Assembly: GCA_041484665.1 (NCBI GenBank)
Contig: JBGPIA010000001.1
Span: 256,001 to 320,000, forward strand
Direction of reading: 5' to 3'
DNA length: 64,000 nucleotides
Source: Candidatus Krumholzibacteriia bacterium
GTDB taxonomy: Bacteria > Krumholzibacteriota > Krumholzibacteriia > JAJRXK01
Program-made: the position numbers and the translations under genes
Shown: positions 19,101 to 28,069 of the stretch, piece after piece
Layout: each line of letters begins with the position of its first letter
Position numbering within the stretch: position 1 is the first letter of the stretch
The notes under the pieces: model-generated
Database searches by the model: none
Told to the model about the DNA's origin: nothing
The model's input: only the letters and a program-made list of their open reading frames with translations

Positions 19101-20622
19101 AGGTGAGCGGGTCGGCGGCCGGCCGCCCGACCGCCCCGGCCGTCGCCTGCGCAAACCAGCGCGTGCCATCCGCCTCCAGCGGGTCGTCGTCCCCCGGCGC
19201 GCCGTCGGCCGTCGACGCGCCGTCGATCAGGTCCCACAGCATCGCCGCGACGTTGACGACCCCCAGCTGACCGCGGGCGGCAGCCACCTCACCCGTGGTG
19301 AGTGCCCGCGTCTCGAGGTCGACACCGCCCTGCGCCAGAGCCGAGAAGCCCAGCGGCGGCGGAAAGCCCAGGTCCACGATCTGAGAGACCGCGCTGTCGG
19401 CCGGCGCGCCCCCCTCCGCTTGCCGCGCACCGGCGCGCCACGCGCGAACCGCGCAGGCGAAGGCGAGCGCGCTGCCGTCGCCATAGGCGAGCCGCGGGTC
19501 GACGTCGGCCTCGGCTAGATCCAGGGTGCCGGTGAGATCGAGGCGGCCGAAGCGTTGCAGCGCCCACTGGCCCATCACTGCCAGCAGCAGCGCGTCCGCC
19601 CACCCGTCGGTGTCGCCCGAGCCCGGCGAGGCCACGCGGAAAGCGCCGTCGGCGTACGCCGTCCGGGCGATCGTGCCGGCCGGGTCCCACACGATGGGGG
19701 GCACCGAGCCTGGAACGGGCGGAGCACCCAGCGCGTAAGGCGACGCGAGGAAGTCGACACAATCCTCGGCGCAATCCAGCAGGTTGAGGGCCTGGACTGG
19801 GCCTTGGCCCGTGGCGTCGTGGAGTGCAATCGTGCCCAAGGACACGGTCGCCCCGGGCGCCACGCTGGCGACGATCGCCGCCGTGACGGATTCGGAGTGC
19901 GCTCCGGTCAGGTCGCCTGCGGGCCCCGCCCGATCGACCACGCGCAGCTCGACCCCCAAGCGCACGGCCTGGGCCAGCACGCGCAGGCGCACCGTCGTCG
20001 TGTCGGACAGCACAGCGGTCAGCGCAAAGCTGCCATCCGCGCTGGTCGTGCCGGAAGCGAGCAGCGAGTCGTCGGGGAGACGCGCCAGCTCGAGCGCGCA
20101 CGCGCGCACCGGTAGCAGTCGGCTCGTGGTGAGATACCCGGACAGCCCGTAGGCACGATCGCGGTACAAGAGGCGCCCTTGTACGACCGTCGAGCCGTCC
20201 GCGCGGCGCTTGGCCGCGACGGGCGCCGCGCGGCGCACCGGGTCGCTACCGGAGTCGCGTCCGGCCGCCGGGGAACGCCAGAGAGCGGAGCGCCGCAGCA
20301 GTCCATCCTCCAGCACGGCTTCCCAGACCGCCTCGACCGCGCGGGCGCCCGGCGGAGGCGCCAGGGGATGCAACGAAGGCTCGGGCGCGGACCATTCCGA
20401 CCAGCCCGCTGCGGTGAGTGTCCTCCAGCGCCAGGCCGTACGCCCGGCGTCGCCGGGCAACGGCTGCAGGACGGGGACCAGTGATCCATCCGAACGCGGC
20501 TGCAGTACGAGCGCGGCGGCGGGCCGGGCCCGGGCACTCCACGGCGCGGACGCTCCGAGCGCTGCGAGCACGGCGGGCAGCAGGACGAGCCTCAGGAAGC
20601 GGGGGCGTGGGTGGCGGGGCAT
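16168..20622 (-). CDS. Large secreted multidomain protein (degenerate peptidase-like N-region, lamin-tail-like domain, beta-helix, FlgD-Ig tail)
   Basis: Signal peptide; DAVELTN....ADLSSW (LTD-like); GWTIDD; PFATV..A beta-helix start; tail PNPFNPRT...WDGRD..G..VASGVY. Confidence 0.8.
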   Translation of the reverse strand: MPRHPRPRFLRLVLLPAVLAALGASAPWSARARPAAALVLQPRSDGSLVPVLQPLPGDAGRTAWRWRTLTAAGWSEWSAPEPSLHPLAPPPGARAVEAVWEAVLEDGLLRRSALWRSPAAGRDSGSDPVRRAAPVAAKRRADGSTVVQGRLLYRDRAYGLSGYLTTSRLLPVRACALELARLPDDSLLASGTTSADGSFALTAVLSDTTTVRLRVLAQAVRLGVELRVVDRAGPAGDLTGAHSESVTAAIVASVAPGATVSLGTIALHDATGQGPVQALNLLDCAEDCVDFLASPYALGAPPVPGSVPPIVWDPAGTIARTAYADGAFRVASPGSGDTDGWADALLLAVMGQWALQRFGRLDLTGTLDLAEADVDPRLAYGDGSALAFACAVRAWRAGARQAEGGAPADSAVSQIVDLGFPPPLGFSALAQGGVDLETRALTTGEVAAARGQLGVVNVAAMLWDLIDGASTADGAPGDDDPLEADGTRWFAQATAGAVGRPAADPLTYQDLHALWLAAYGDAAALRTISVEQGGTALFVDAAEPDNLAAAAPLLLPWAQPPLNPGGRVVLGELLLGERDAVELTNSGASTADLSSWSVAVRRNGFGAGATRTTTLPAGVRLAPGRSLVLHEGGNPAQNRASDLYDPAWSIPWREQDDGACILRNAAGVAVDFVRWSGGGGSVPSQEPVPAGQVFTGTLLAPGLGFSLARDSLATDTDSAADFTPRLPTPRLPNVERFAPRTLYPTGDVDLVRIPMAAGALVQVHADRPVDDARPQLAWLSDLGAVLSQADPLNALERSAALVLYAPTDTVLTIRLQQQAATLAAGGAALLVWRPASAASLLAPLALSVHPRNLDPSFDQVEARWTNAGAYDSLRVVVDGAVATLLPGSATQTTIGMQQGHHSVSVRPVTLGVAGASAVASVFVGPTACRFEARLDGPDVSGILSAVTLQGFATGPPGFDGPLNFRDGPLSAPSYAPSSEATLTLNDPIDLTSDSRLRFVHAAHLADDGDVALAEISVDDGGHWIELARYRGADHQELAGDPANWLDGLLTPADWVHESLDVSTYAGQRARVRLRRVSDASGQSYGWTIDDLEFGPPAGSRVRWVAPSGSDVFGCGPAERPFATVGAASSAAAPGDTIALSAGTFTAPSPVVVDGLPGRALIPLKSGITVLGRGTGVTLLNASALTWAVASGGPGELSPQDTTARVRGLTISGPVVGALLDSCSAALEDVELRGCAIGVVIRGGLPRMRRVLIAGGGSGILVRRGALRAERCTLAGLAGGIVLEAVADSLALTRCILTHVPGVLLTVQAPQAVLRMRCNDFFGAGRRFDGPGVTDSLAMAGNFSFEPYFCNEAGGDYRLAAGSPAADLAGCGPLGALGVGCATATLVPGVPTRTTLALLPNVPNPFNPRTAIRLELDRESEVEVTIVDARGRLVRSLLDGVLPAGPAELVWDGRDGRGRTVASGVYYVLVRRGATLLHRPIALVR

Positions 20623-20787
20623 CGGTTGCTCGAATCAAGTCGCTGCATCGAGTCTAGCCGGCGCGGGTGGTGTCGGGCAACCCACACAACCCAAGCCTCG
20701 GCCGCCGTTGCGGCGGCTCCCGGCGCAAACACGACGGCGCAGACGCCGTGGCCGCAGGGCCGCGCGTCCAGGCGCAGCGCCGAGCGC

Positions 20788-20815
20788 GCCCGCGGGAGTC
20801 CTCGCTCCCGCGGGC
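20788..20815 (-). terminator. GC-rich hairpin after the 1500-aa gene
   Basis: GCCCGCGGGAG-N6-CTCCCGCGGGC, 11-bp stem just after the stop at 20827; no U-tract. Confidence 0.4.
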
Positions 20816-20826
20816 GGCCCGATCCT

Positions 20827-23800
20827 CTATTTGACCAGCGTGATCTTGCGTTGGTCGCTGGCGCTCGCGGACTCCAGCCGCACGATGTAGACGCCGCTGG
20901 CCACCTGCTGGCCCGCGTCGTCGTGGCCATCCCAGGTGATCTCGTAGCGGCCCGCCGGGCGTGTCTCGCTGACCAGCGTACGCACCATGCGGCCCGCAGC
21001 GTCGTAGACAACGACCCGTACGTCCCCCTCCCGCGCCAGATCGAACGAGACCGCCGTGCGCGGGTTGAATGGGTTGGGGTGCACGTCGGACAGCGCCGTG
21101 ACGTTGGGCAGATTCGGACTCGACGCCACGTCGGTGGCCGGCTGCAGGATGCTCAGGCGGTAGGTTCCCGATTTCGTCAGGTCCGCCGACGACGTCTTCC
21201 ACACGCCCACGCCGTAGAAGCCGGCCGTCGTGATGTTGACGGTGACCCACTCGTTGAAGCCGGGGCCGTTCAGGAACGAGGTTCCGTTCGTCACCGATCC
21301 CGACCGGTTGTCGTAGACCGCAGCCTGGTCGTGCATCGTCAGACCCCAGTCCACGCTGCCCGACAGGTTCTCCAGGCGCACATTGTAGGTGCCCACGGCC
21401 AGGAACACCTCGTAGAGGTGCATGATATGACCCGGGCCCAGGAGTACCGGCCCGTAGGACACCGGCGTACCGCCCAGGTAGAGCGACGTGACGGCTTCCG
21501 CGGTGTAGCCCTGCGCGCTGGCCCAGTTGACGATCCCCGCGTCGAGCCGACGGAACGCCGTCCGATTGAAGTTGGCCACGACGTAGTCGGACGCGGCGGT
21601 ACCCCAGGTGGAGGACGCCAGCACGATGTCGAAGCCGGTCTTGGCGTTGGGGGCAACCTCGTGGTAGCGCACGTCCACATCGCTCGTGGGTCCGGGCATC
21701 ACCGCCACGCCGCCCCAGTACCCCGTCCCGGGCGAGAACAAAGGTGTCCGCAGCCCATCACAATTGACGTAGTACGGCTCGCCGGTGGTGACGTCCGTCA
21801 GCCCGCCGAGCCTGTCCGGCGGGTTGTTGCGCGACACCGGAGTCGCCAGCGCCAGCGCGGAGGGTTGCCACACCCACTGCTGGCCATTGATGTTGTTGTT
21901 CTCGTAGATCTCCTCGACGCTGTTGTCCGGATCCAGGTGCACCGACAGCGTGTGGCGACCACCACCGATCGTCCACGCCGCGTTCCAGTTCCACACCGCG
22001 GATGTGTAGGGGCCGTACGGCCAGCTGTCGAAGTACCAGTAGGCGGTCCCGTCGAGATAGGTCAGCGTGTGCAGGAACGGATCGCCGGTCGGGCTGATGT
22101 TGGCGAATCCGTAGTTGAAGTAGGTCGACGCGACGTCGCCCCACAGCACTGCCGGCGCCGGCGCCGAGCCGGGGGTGCCATCGTTGGCCGGTCTGGGCAC
22201 CAGCGGCGCGTACCAGCCCGCGGCCAGGTATGGCGTGTAGTCCGGCGGCGTCGTGCTCTCCTCGATCGTCACATTGATGGGAGCGGTGCCGTCCTTGGGA
22301 TCCCGGTACACCACCAGCCCATAGTACCCGGACGATCCGATGTTCATGTCGAGCCGCGCACGGCCCGTCGTCGCGTCGGTCACGCTGGTGTAGCTGTAGG
22401 TAAAGAGGCTCCCCTGGGTGAAGGTCCGGTCCAACCAGTTTACGTGGACCGGCCCCTGGGACGGATCCGCAAGGTCCACGGTCACGCTCACCGGTCCTAC
22501 GTTGGCCACAGGGATAAAGCACTCCCACATCTTCAGCATCTCGCCGGCGCCGAACGACACGGGGATGGAATCCTGGAAGGCGAGGTAGCTGTTGGTCGCC
22601 TGCATCGCCCGGTAGTTGCTCGTTCCCAGATGGAACAGGTCGTAGTTGACGACCCCCACGTCGTACTGCTGGTAGGCCGTGGTGTTGCGGTTGACGAACA
22701 CCGCGTCCAGGCACCCTTCCAGACGGCCGGAGTACGCCAGCGACGAAGCGAACCCGTCGTAGGCGCCGCTCGAAGGGTTGTGCAGCGTGAGGTCGTAGTC
22801 CTCGCCCAGGTTCAGGGCGTACCCGTAGACCGCCGTCCACCACAAGTTCGGGCTGGCGCGCAGACCGTCGCAGTTCACGTAGTAACCCGATCCGTCCACG
22901 ATCGAGCCCGTTCCGCCGTAGCGGCTCGGCGGCGCGGTCCGAACGACCTCCACGCCGTCGGCGATGTTCAGCGGCGTCCATATCCACTGCCGCGCCCACC
23001 GGTTGTCGAACTCGTTGGTCTCGGCGATGTTGTCCACTGCGTCGTGGATGAACTCGTAGGTGTGCCGGCCGCCGCGCACGGTGCTCGGGCCCCAGTTCGG
23101 CGCGTAGTACGCCCCACTCGCGCCGATCGACCCCCAGGACACCCACAGCTGGTGCTCGTTGTCGACTCTCAGCTCACCCCAGAACCCCGTGGAGGTCGCC
23201 GACTCGCCGTTGTTGATCCCGTAGATGTTCATGTAGGTACTGGCCGCGTTGCCCGGCAGCGTGACCGGCGCGGGGACGCTGTTCAGGTTCGCGTCCGCCG
23301 CCCCGCGCGGCACCACGGGGTGCGCCCAGCCCGCGCGCAGGGCGTAGACCAGATTCGCCGGCTCCGGTGCGCGGATCGTGAACGGTCCGTAGGCGGCGTA
23401 GGTTGCGCTCCAGCGCCCAGCGTAGTCCACCGAGCGGATATTGAAGTAGTAGGTGCCCGGGGACAGGATCCCGGTGGTGTAGCTCGTGACGTTGCCCAGC
23501 TCCGCGATCGCGTCGGGGAATACGAACCCGCTTGCGATCACGATGCTGTAGCCGGCCGTCCCCGAGCAATCGTCCAGGGCCCGCGCCCACGTGAAGTCCA
23601 CCGTGGGGTCCGGCGAGCTGGTGAACGGGGCGTGGCTGGGTGACGTCAGGCCCGTGACCGCGCTCGGAGGAGCGCCGTCGAGCTCGTAGCCGTTGTTCTT
23701 GGCCGTCTGCCACAAGGGCTCGCACCAGCCCGGGTAGCGCGCCTTGAACTTGTTGAGGAAGTCATACGGGTTGAGCGGGTTGTCGAGGTCGATGGTGGTC

Positions 23801-25329
23801 AGGATCGGCCCTGGCCCAACGCTGAGCTGGTCGATGCCCGCAGCGAAGCTCGGATCGTTGTCGTTGGTCGAGTCCTCGATGTCCCGCAGCGCCGCAGCGA
23901 TGAAGCCCTCCGTGCGCTGCACGTCGTCGAGCGCCCCGCCGCAAGTGGCCACCGATTCGAAGTTGTAGATGGCCGTCGCCGCCAGGCCGTACGTGCCGGC
24001 GTACGACCGCGGGATGATGTCCCCTAGCCAGTCCGGCGCGCCCTCATTCCACGCGTCGTGGTCCGTCTCGCGGCACCACAGGCAGTGCCCACACGGGGGC
24101 GGAGTGTCGCAGATGCTGTTGCAGTAGTCGGGGGTCTGCCCGGTCGCGAAGTTGTAGATGAAGTGGTGCCCATACTCGTGGGACTGGGTATTCTCGTTCC
24201 ACTGCTCCCCGCTGCTCATGTGGATCGAGCCGTTGTAATAGGCGCCATCGGTCCCGTCGGGCCAGTAGCCGCGCAGCCCCGGGCAGTCGTACCCGCGGTT
24301 CTGCAGCCAGCGCCAGGTGCGGGTCAGGTCGGTCAGCAGGTGCAGCGACGGGAAATCCGCCGGATTACCCGGCTCGAGCCACCCGAAGTCGAGGTCGGTG
24401 CCGGTGTAATTGCCGACCGTCCCGGTGCGCCAGCTATAGCGCGAGCCGCCGGTATTGGTGATCTCGACCTTGGTGTTGGCGCAGTCGAAGACGATGTAGA
24501 TGTCCGGCTCGCTGCCGCACCAGAGAAAGCAGCCGCTCCAGAAGAACGTGACGTCGTAGTAGCCGAACGCGTCGGTTGCGACATCGGCGAGGCCGTAGTC
24601 CACGACTGAGTTCTGGTCGTAGATGTGCGCCGTGACGCCATCGGCCCCGATCGTCTGTCCGTCCCACCGCTGGTAGACGAAGCGGCCGTGCACCCGGATA
24701 TTGCGGTTGGCCGCAGGCTGGGCCTGCCCCGGGTTGCCGCCACTCTTCTGCAGCTCTTCCGCCTGGGGTGACAAGGGCCGCTGGACCGGCGGCAGGGGTG
24801 CGGGCCGCGCCAGCGTGTTGTCGATCCCGGGGAACGGGGTGACCTGCGCGTCGGGGATGCGTTGCGTTGGCATCGGTCCCTGGGCAACCTCATAGGCGTG
24901 CGCGGAGACGTCCAGGTGCGCCTGGTAGGGCATTCCGTCGACCTCGAACGTCACCGTCAGCGGCATGGCCGGGTCCGACGGCGTGGCCGAGAACGGCACC
25001 CGCACGTTCTGGCGGGCGCCGATCTTCCCCAGGGCAGCGATCTGCAGCGGCGCGACGGACCAGCCATCGCCCTCTACGCGCAGACCGGTGATGGTGGACT
25101 CGTAGGTCGGCGTGATCACTAAGACGTCCTGGAACTGCTGGCCCGCTTGTGCAGCGTGCGGGGGGTTGCCTAGACGCACCTCCACGAACGGGCGCACGGT
25201 GGCCCAGGCCTCCGGCGCGGCCACCAGCGCGGTCACTGCCAGCGCGAGCAGGCAGGTGAGCAGGGCCTTCGATCCGGTGACCGGCAGAGCAGTCCGCTGC
25301 CGGACACCTGCGCGGTGTCGGGTTGTCAT
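20827..25329 (-). CDS. Large secreted zinc-metallopeptidase-like protein with duplicated CARDB-like module and FlgD-Ig tail
   Basis: Signal peptide; HEYGHH followed by AWNEG; two ~370-aa repeats; tail HPNPFNPRT...WDG.DD.G.QVASGVY...KITLVK. Confidence 0.85.
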   Translation of the reverse strand: MTTRHRAGVRQRTALPVTGSKALLTCLLALAVTALVAAPEAWATVRPFVEVRLGNPPHAAQAGQQFQDVLVITPTYESTITGLRVEGDGWSVAPLQIAALGKIGARQNVRVPFSATPSDPAMPLTVTFEVDGMPYQAHLDVSAHAYEVAQGPMPTQRIPDAQVTPFPGIDNTLARPAPLPPVQRPLSPQAEELQKSGGNPGQAQPAANRNIRVHGRFVYQRWDGQTIGADGVTAHIYDQNSVVDYGLADVATDAFGYYDVTFFWSGCFLWCGSEPDIYIVFDCANTKVEITNTGGSRYSWRTGTVGNYTGTDLDFGWLEPGNPADFPSLHLLTDLTRTWRWLQNRGYDCPGLRGYWPDGTDGAYYNGSIHMSSGEQWNENTQSHEYGHHFIYNFATGQTPDYCNSICDTPPPCGHCLWCRETDHDAWNEGAPDWLGDIIPRSYAGTYGLAATAIYNFESVATCGGALDDVQRTEGFIAAALRDIEDSTNDNDPSFAAGIDQLSVGPGPILTTIDLDNPLNPYDFLNKFKARYPGWCEPLWQTAKNNGYELDGAPPSAVTGLTSPSHAPFTSSPDPTVDFTWARALDDCSGTAGYSIVIASGFVFPDAIAELGNVTSYTTGILSPGTYYFNIRSVDYAGRWSATYAAYGPFTIRAPEPANLVYALRAGWAHPVVPRGAADANLNSVPAPVTLPGNAASTYMNIYGINNGESATSTGFWGELRVDNEHQLWVSWGSIGASGAYYAPNWGPSTVRGGRHTYEFIHDAVDNIAETNEFDNRWARQWIWTPLNIADGVEVVRTAPPSRYGGTGSIVDGSGYYVNCDGLRASPNLWWTAVYGYALNLGEDYDLTLHNPSSGAYDGFASSLAYSGRLEGCLDAVFVNRNTTAYQQYDVGVVNYDLFHLGTSNYRAMQATNSYLAFQDSIPVSFGAGEMLKMWECFIPVANVGPVSVTVDLADPSQGPVHVNWLDRTFTQGSLFTYSYTSVTDATTGRARLDMNIGSSGYYGLVVYRDPKDGTAPINVTIEESTTPPDYTPYLAAGWYAPLVPRPANDGTPGSAPAPAVLWGDVASTYFNYGFANISPTGDPFLHTLTYLDGTAYWYFDSWPYGPYTSAVWNWNAAWTIGGGRHTLSVHLDPDNSVEEIYENNNINGQQWVWQPSALALATPVSRNNPPDRLGGLTDVTTGEPYYVNCDGLRTPLFSPGTGYWGGVAVMPGPTSDVDVRYHEVAPNAKTGFDIVLASSTWGTAASDYVVANFNRTAFRRLDAGIVNWASAQGYTAEAVTSLYLGGTPVSYGPVLLGPGHIMHLYEVFLAVGTYNVRLENLSGSVDWGLTMHDQAAVYDNRSGSVTNGTSFLNGPGFNEWVTVNITTAGFYGVGVWKTSSADLTKSGTYRLSILQPATDVASSPNLPNVTALSDVHPNPFNPRTAVSFDLAREGDVRVVVYDAAGRMVRTLVSETRPAGRYEITWDGHDDAGQQVASGVYIVRLESASASDQRKITLVK

Positions 25330-25350
25330 GATGGGCTTCTCCCGGTCCTG

Positions 25351-25926
25351 CTACTGGTTTCCGCTCTTGGGCGCGGCCTGCGGCACGGGACGCTCGACGG
25401 GCTGGCCGGGGGCCTTGGGAGTGGTCATCTCGCGGATGGCAGCCTCGAGTTGCTCGGCCACGGCCGTGCGGCCCTCCGCGCGGGCGAAGCCGGCTTGGAT
25501 CCCCAGGACCTTCAGCTCGGTCCCCAGCTTCGTCTCCTGGATCTTCTTCTGGATCTCCAGCGCCGCCGCCTGGTCGGTGGTCTGTGTGAAGCGGGTCTCG
25601 AGCTCGGCCACGGCCGTCTTCTCATCCTCGAGGACCTGCTTGATCTCGGCCTGCATCGGCGTCAGCGGGCGCTCCGCCGGCGGCGCGCTCGCCGTGGGAT
25701 TCTGGACCGGTTGGCCTGGCTGCGTGCCCTGCGGCTGGGCGGCCTGGCCGCCCTGGGCGTGCACCTCGCCAGCGCCGCTGCTGGCCGGGCTGGCGGCCGG
25801 CTCGGCCGCGCTGGACGCCTGCGGGCCGGATGCAGGTTGCGGGTTGACCTTGTTGGACGCGAGCGCGGACGCCGCGCAGGCAAACGAGAGAGCAAGGGCC
25901 AGCAACGAAAGAGCGCGTCGGTTCAT
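25351..25926 (-). CDS. Secreted coiled-coil hypothetical protein
   Basis: GGAGG SD; signal peptide ending in ASALA; helical, charged core. Confidence 0.8.
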   Translation of the reverse strand: MNRRALSLLALALSFACAASALASNKVNPQPASGPQASSAAEPAASPASSGAGEVHAQGGQAAQPQGTQPGQPVQNPTASAPPAERPLTPMQAEIKQVLEDEKTAVAELETRFTQTTDQAAALEIQKKIQETKLGTELKVLGIQAGFARAEGRTAVAEQLEAAIREMTTPKAPGQPVERPVPQAAPKSGNQ

Positions 25927-26079
25927 GCTTGGACACCTCCGTCAGAGTGGGTCCTGGGGGCGGGAGGTCGTAGCGCCTGCGAGGGACCGGCGCCGGGTGC
26001 AGCCGCAGGGCGCAGGCGCGTGGCAGCGCGTGGGATCTGCCCGGCGCCGTGCCTGTCGAGCCATCCGCCCTGAGGCAGA

Positions 26080-26103
26080 ACGTCTCGTCGGCTGACGAGA
26101 CGT
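26080..26103. promoter_or_regulatory. Perfect inverted repeat just downstream of promoter (operator or 5' hairpin)
   Basis: ACGTCTCGTC-GGCT-GACGAGACGT. Confidence 0.5.
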
Positions 26104-26119
26104 CTTGCTCAACTGGACG

Positions 26120-26149
26120 ATTGTACGCTGCACGGAGAACGGGTGTCAA
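26120..26149 (-). promoter_or_regulatory. Sigma70-type promoter
   Basis: Minus strand TTGACA-N18-TACAAT upstream of the 25926 start. Confidence 0.7.
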
Positions 26150-26177
26150 ACGCACCGGCGCACGCGGGGCGTGGCGC

Positions 26178-28061
26178 TCAGCGGTCCATCGCGGCGCTAC
26201 GCTGCGGTTGGCGCGCTTGCAGGCGCCGGTGAACGTCCCGCACGCGCGCAGCGCCGGGCTCGTCACCGAAGGTTCCGTGGATGCGCGCGAGGCGCGCGAG
26301 CTGTTCGGCGGCGGTTGCGTCGTCCTCTTGCGCGAGCAGCGCCTCCACGAGCATCAGCCGGGCATCCGAGTCGAGGGGGCGCACCTCCAGATGGCGCCGC
26401 AGCACGGCAACGGCGTCGACCCAGCGGTGCAGCGTGGCCAGCAGCCGCGCGAGCAACGGCGCCGCCAGCGAGGCGGCAGGGTAGGCCGCCAGCGCGCGAG
26501 CGAGCGCATCGGCGGCCGCCTCGTTGCGCCCGAGCTTGATCAGCGTCTCACCCCGCCAGCGGTACGCGCGGTCCAGCAGCAGGGGGTGCAGCGCCGCTCC
26601 CGGGGCGAGCCCGCGCTCGACGGCCTCCCACGCGACGCGCTCGAATCGCCGACGTAGGTCCTCGTTGGGCTCCATGGCATAGAAGGCAGTGCCTCCGTAC
26701 GGCACGGGCGCCCCGCCCTCCAACAAGGCGATCAGGTGGTCGATCAGTCGCAACGCAGCCTCGGGCCGGGCATGGTGCCCGCTGTAGGCGGCCAACGCGT
26801 AGGCGATCGACACGTCGCACGGAGCCTCCCGCGCGGCCCGCATGATCCCGCGCAGCGCGTGCTCGAGCTGTGCGCTCTGCACGGGCCGGCTCTGCTGCTC
26901 GCGCCAGCGGTCGACCGCCAGCGTGTAGTCCACCACCGAGATCAACAGCCGGTCGCGCGGTGTGGCGGCATCCTCCAGCGGGCGGAGCATCTCGCGCAGC
27001 ACGGTGTTGTCACCAGCGGAATAGCGGAGGTTGGGGGCCACGAAGTGGCGGATGCGGTCCCGGGTGCCGGCGCGGTTGATCTCGCGCCCCATGGACGACA
27101 GTCGCACGCGCCCCAGCTCCTGCAGAGCGCGCACGATCGCGCCCATGTTGGCGCGATAGGTCGTGCCCCGCAGGGTGCGCTGGCCGAAGGCGGCGATGCG
27201 CGCGCGCTCCTCCTCATGCTCCAGATAGTAGAGGACCCGCTCCAGCAGGTTGTCCTCGCGATAGTAGACGGCCCCCACGCCGTCGGGGAGCAGGGCGGGG
27301 ACGTCGAGGTTGTCCTCCTCCACGAACAGGCACGCGCCGGCTGCGCCCGTCTCGTAGACGCGCATGTTGATCTCACCCACGACGGTGGGATTCACCACGA
27401 TGCGCGCGCGGGAGAGCAGAGTGCTGTACTCGGCGCGGGTGATGCGCGTGCGGTAGGCGACCTCCACCGCCGCAGGCAGGTCCAGCAGGCGCGCCAGCAC
27501 CCGCTCGCGCCGCGGGTGGGCCGACCAGTTCGTGCTGCCGGCGTACAGGACGTCGATGTCGCGGGTCTGGCTGGGAAAGGCGCCGTCGACGCCCGGCTCG
27601 TAGCCCAGCATGGGGAGGCGGATCGTATGGGTGAAGCCCGCCGCCGCGAAGACGCGCAGGCCGCGGCTGCCCGTGACCACGGCGTTGACGAAACGCGCCG
27701 TCTCGACGCAGTCGTGGAACTCCAGGTACCAATCGCTGGTGAGCATCACGACCGGGAAGGGAGCCTCCTCTAGGCCCCAGGGCACCGCACCATACTCGGG
27801 ACGCCACAGCAGCAGCAGGTCCGGCCCCCAGCCCTCCGGCAGACGCGCCAGGAGGTCGTCCAGGCGCTCGATGGGCCGGGTGGAGAGGTTGACGCCCTTG
27901 CCCGTCCCGAAGGTGAGCGCGTCGTGGTCGTCGAAGGCCCCCTGCATGTAGGCCCAGTGCTCCGGGTCGTGGAAGGGCCCCACCAGCAGGCGCATCCGCT
28001 CGCCGGGGGTCCAGGGATCGCGCGGCGTGGTGGCCCCGCCCTTGTCATGCGTCGTGTCCAT
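26178..28061 (-). CDS. Glycosyltransferase (CgeB / Glyco_trans_1_2-like) with C-terminal TPRs
   Basis: RDIDVLYAG; INMRVYETGAAG.CLF; YYLEHEEERARIA..G; TPR-like C-terminus. Confidence 0.8.
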   Translation of the reverse strand: MDTTHDKGGATTPRDPWTPGERMRLLVGPFHDPEHWAYMQGAFDDHDALTFGTGKGVNLSTRPIERLDDLLARLPEGWGPDLLLLWRPEYGAVPWGLEEAPFPVVMLTSDWYLEFHDCVETARFVNAVVTGSRGLRVFAAAGFTHTIRLPMLGYEPGVDGAFPSQTRDIDVLYAGSTNWSAHPRRERVLARLLDLPAAVEVAYRTRITRAEYSTLLSRARIVVNPTVVGEINMRVYETGAAGACLFVEEDNLDVPALLPDGVGAVYYREDNLLERVLYYLEHEEERARIAAFGQRTLRGTTYRANMGAIVRALQELGRVRLSSMGREINRAGTRDRIRHFVAPNLRYSAGDNTVLREMLRPLEDAATPRDRLLISVVDYTLAVDRWREQQSRPVQSAQLEHALRGIMRAAREAPCDVSIAYALAAYSGHHARPEAALRLIDHLIALLEGGAPVPYGGTAFYAMEPNEDLRRRFERVAWEAVERGLAPGAALHPLLLDRAYRWRGETLIKLGRNEAAADALARALAAYPAASLAAPLLARLLATLHRWVDAVAVLRRHLEVRPLDSDARLMLVEALLAQEDDATAAEQLARLARIHGTFGDEPGAARVRDVHRRLQARQPQRSAAMDR

Positions 28062-28069
28062 GTGCTTTA

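Noticed and set aside
20611..23643. 1010-aa plus-strand ORF (also 41832..45050, 48172..50829, 11004..12911, 17455..19518, and minus-strand 32571..35105)
   Set aside because: These are antisense shadows of well-supported genes on the other strand. They are Arg/Gly/Val-rich with no motifs, as expected at high GC3.
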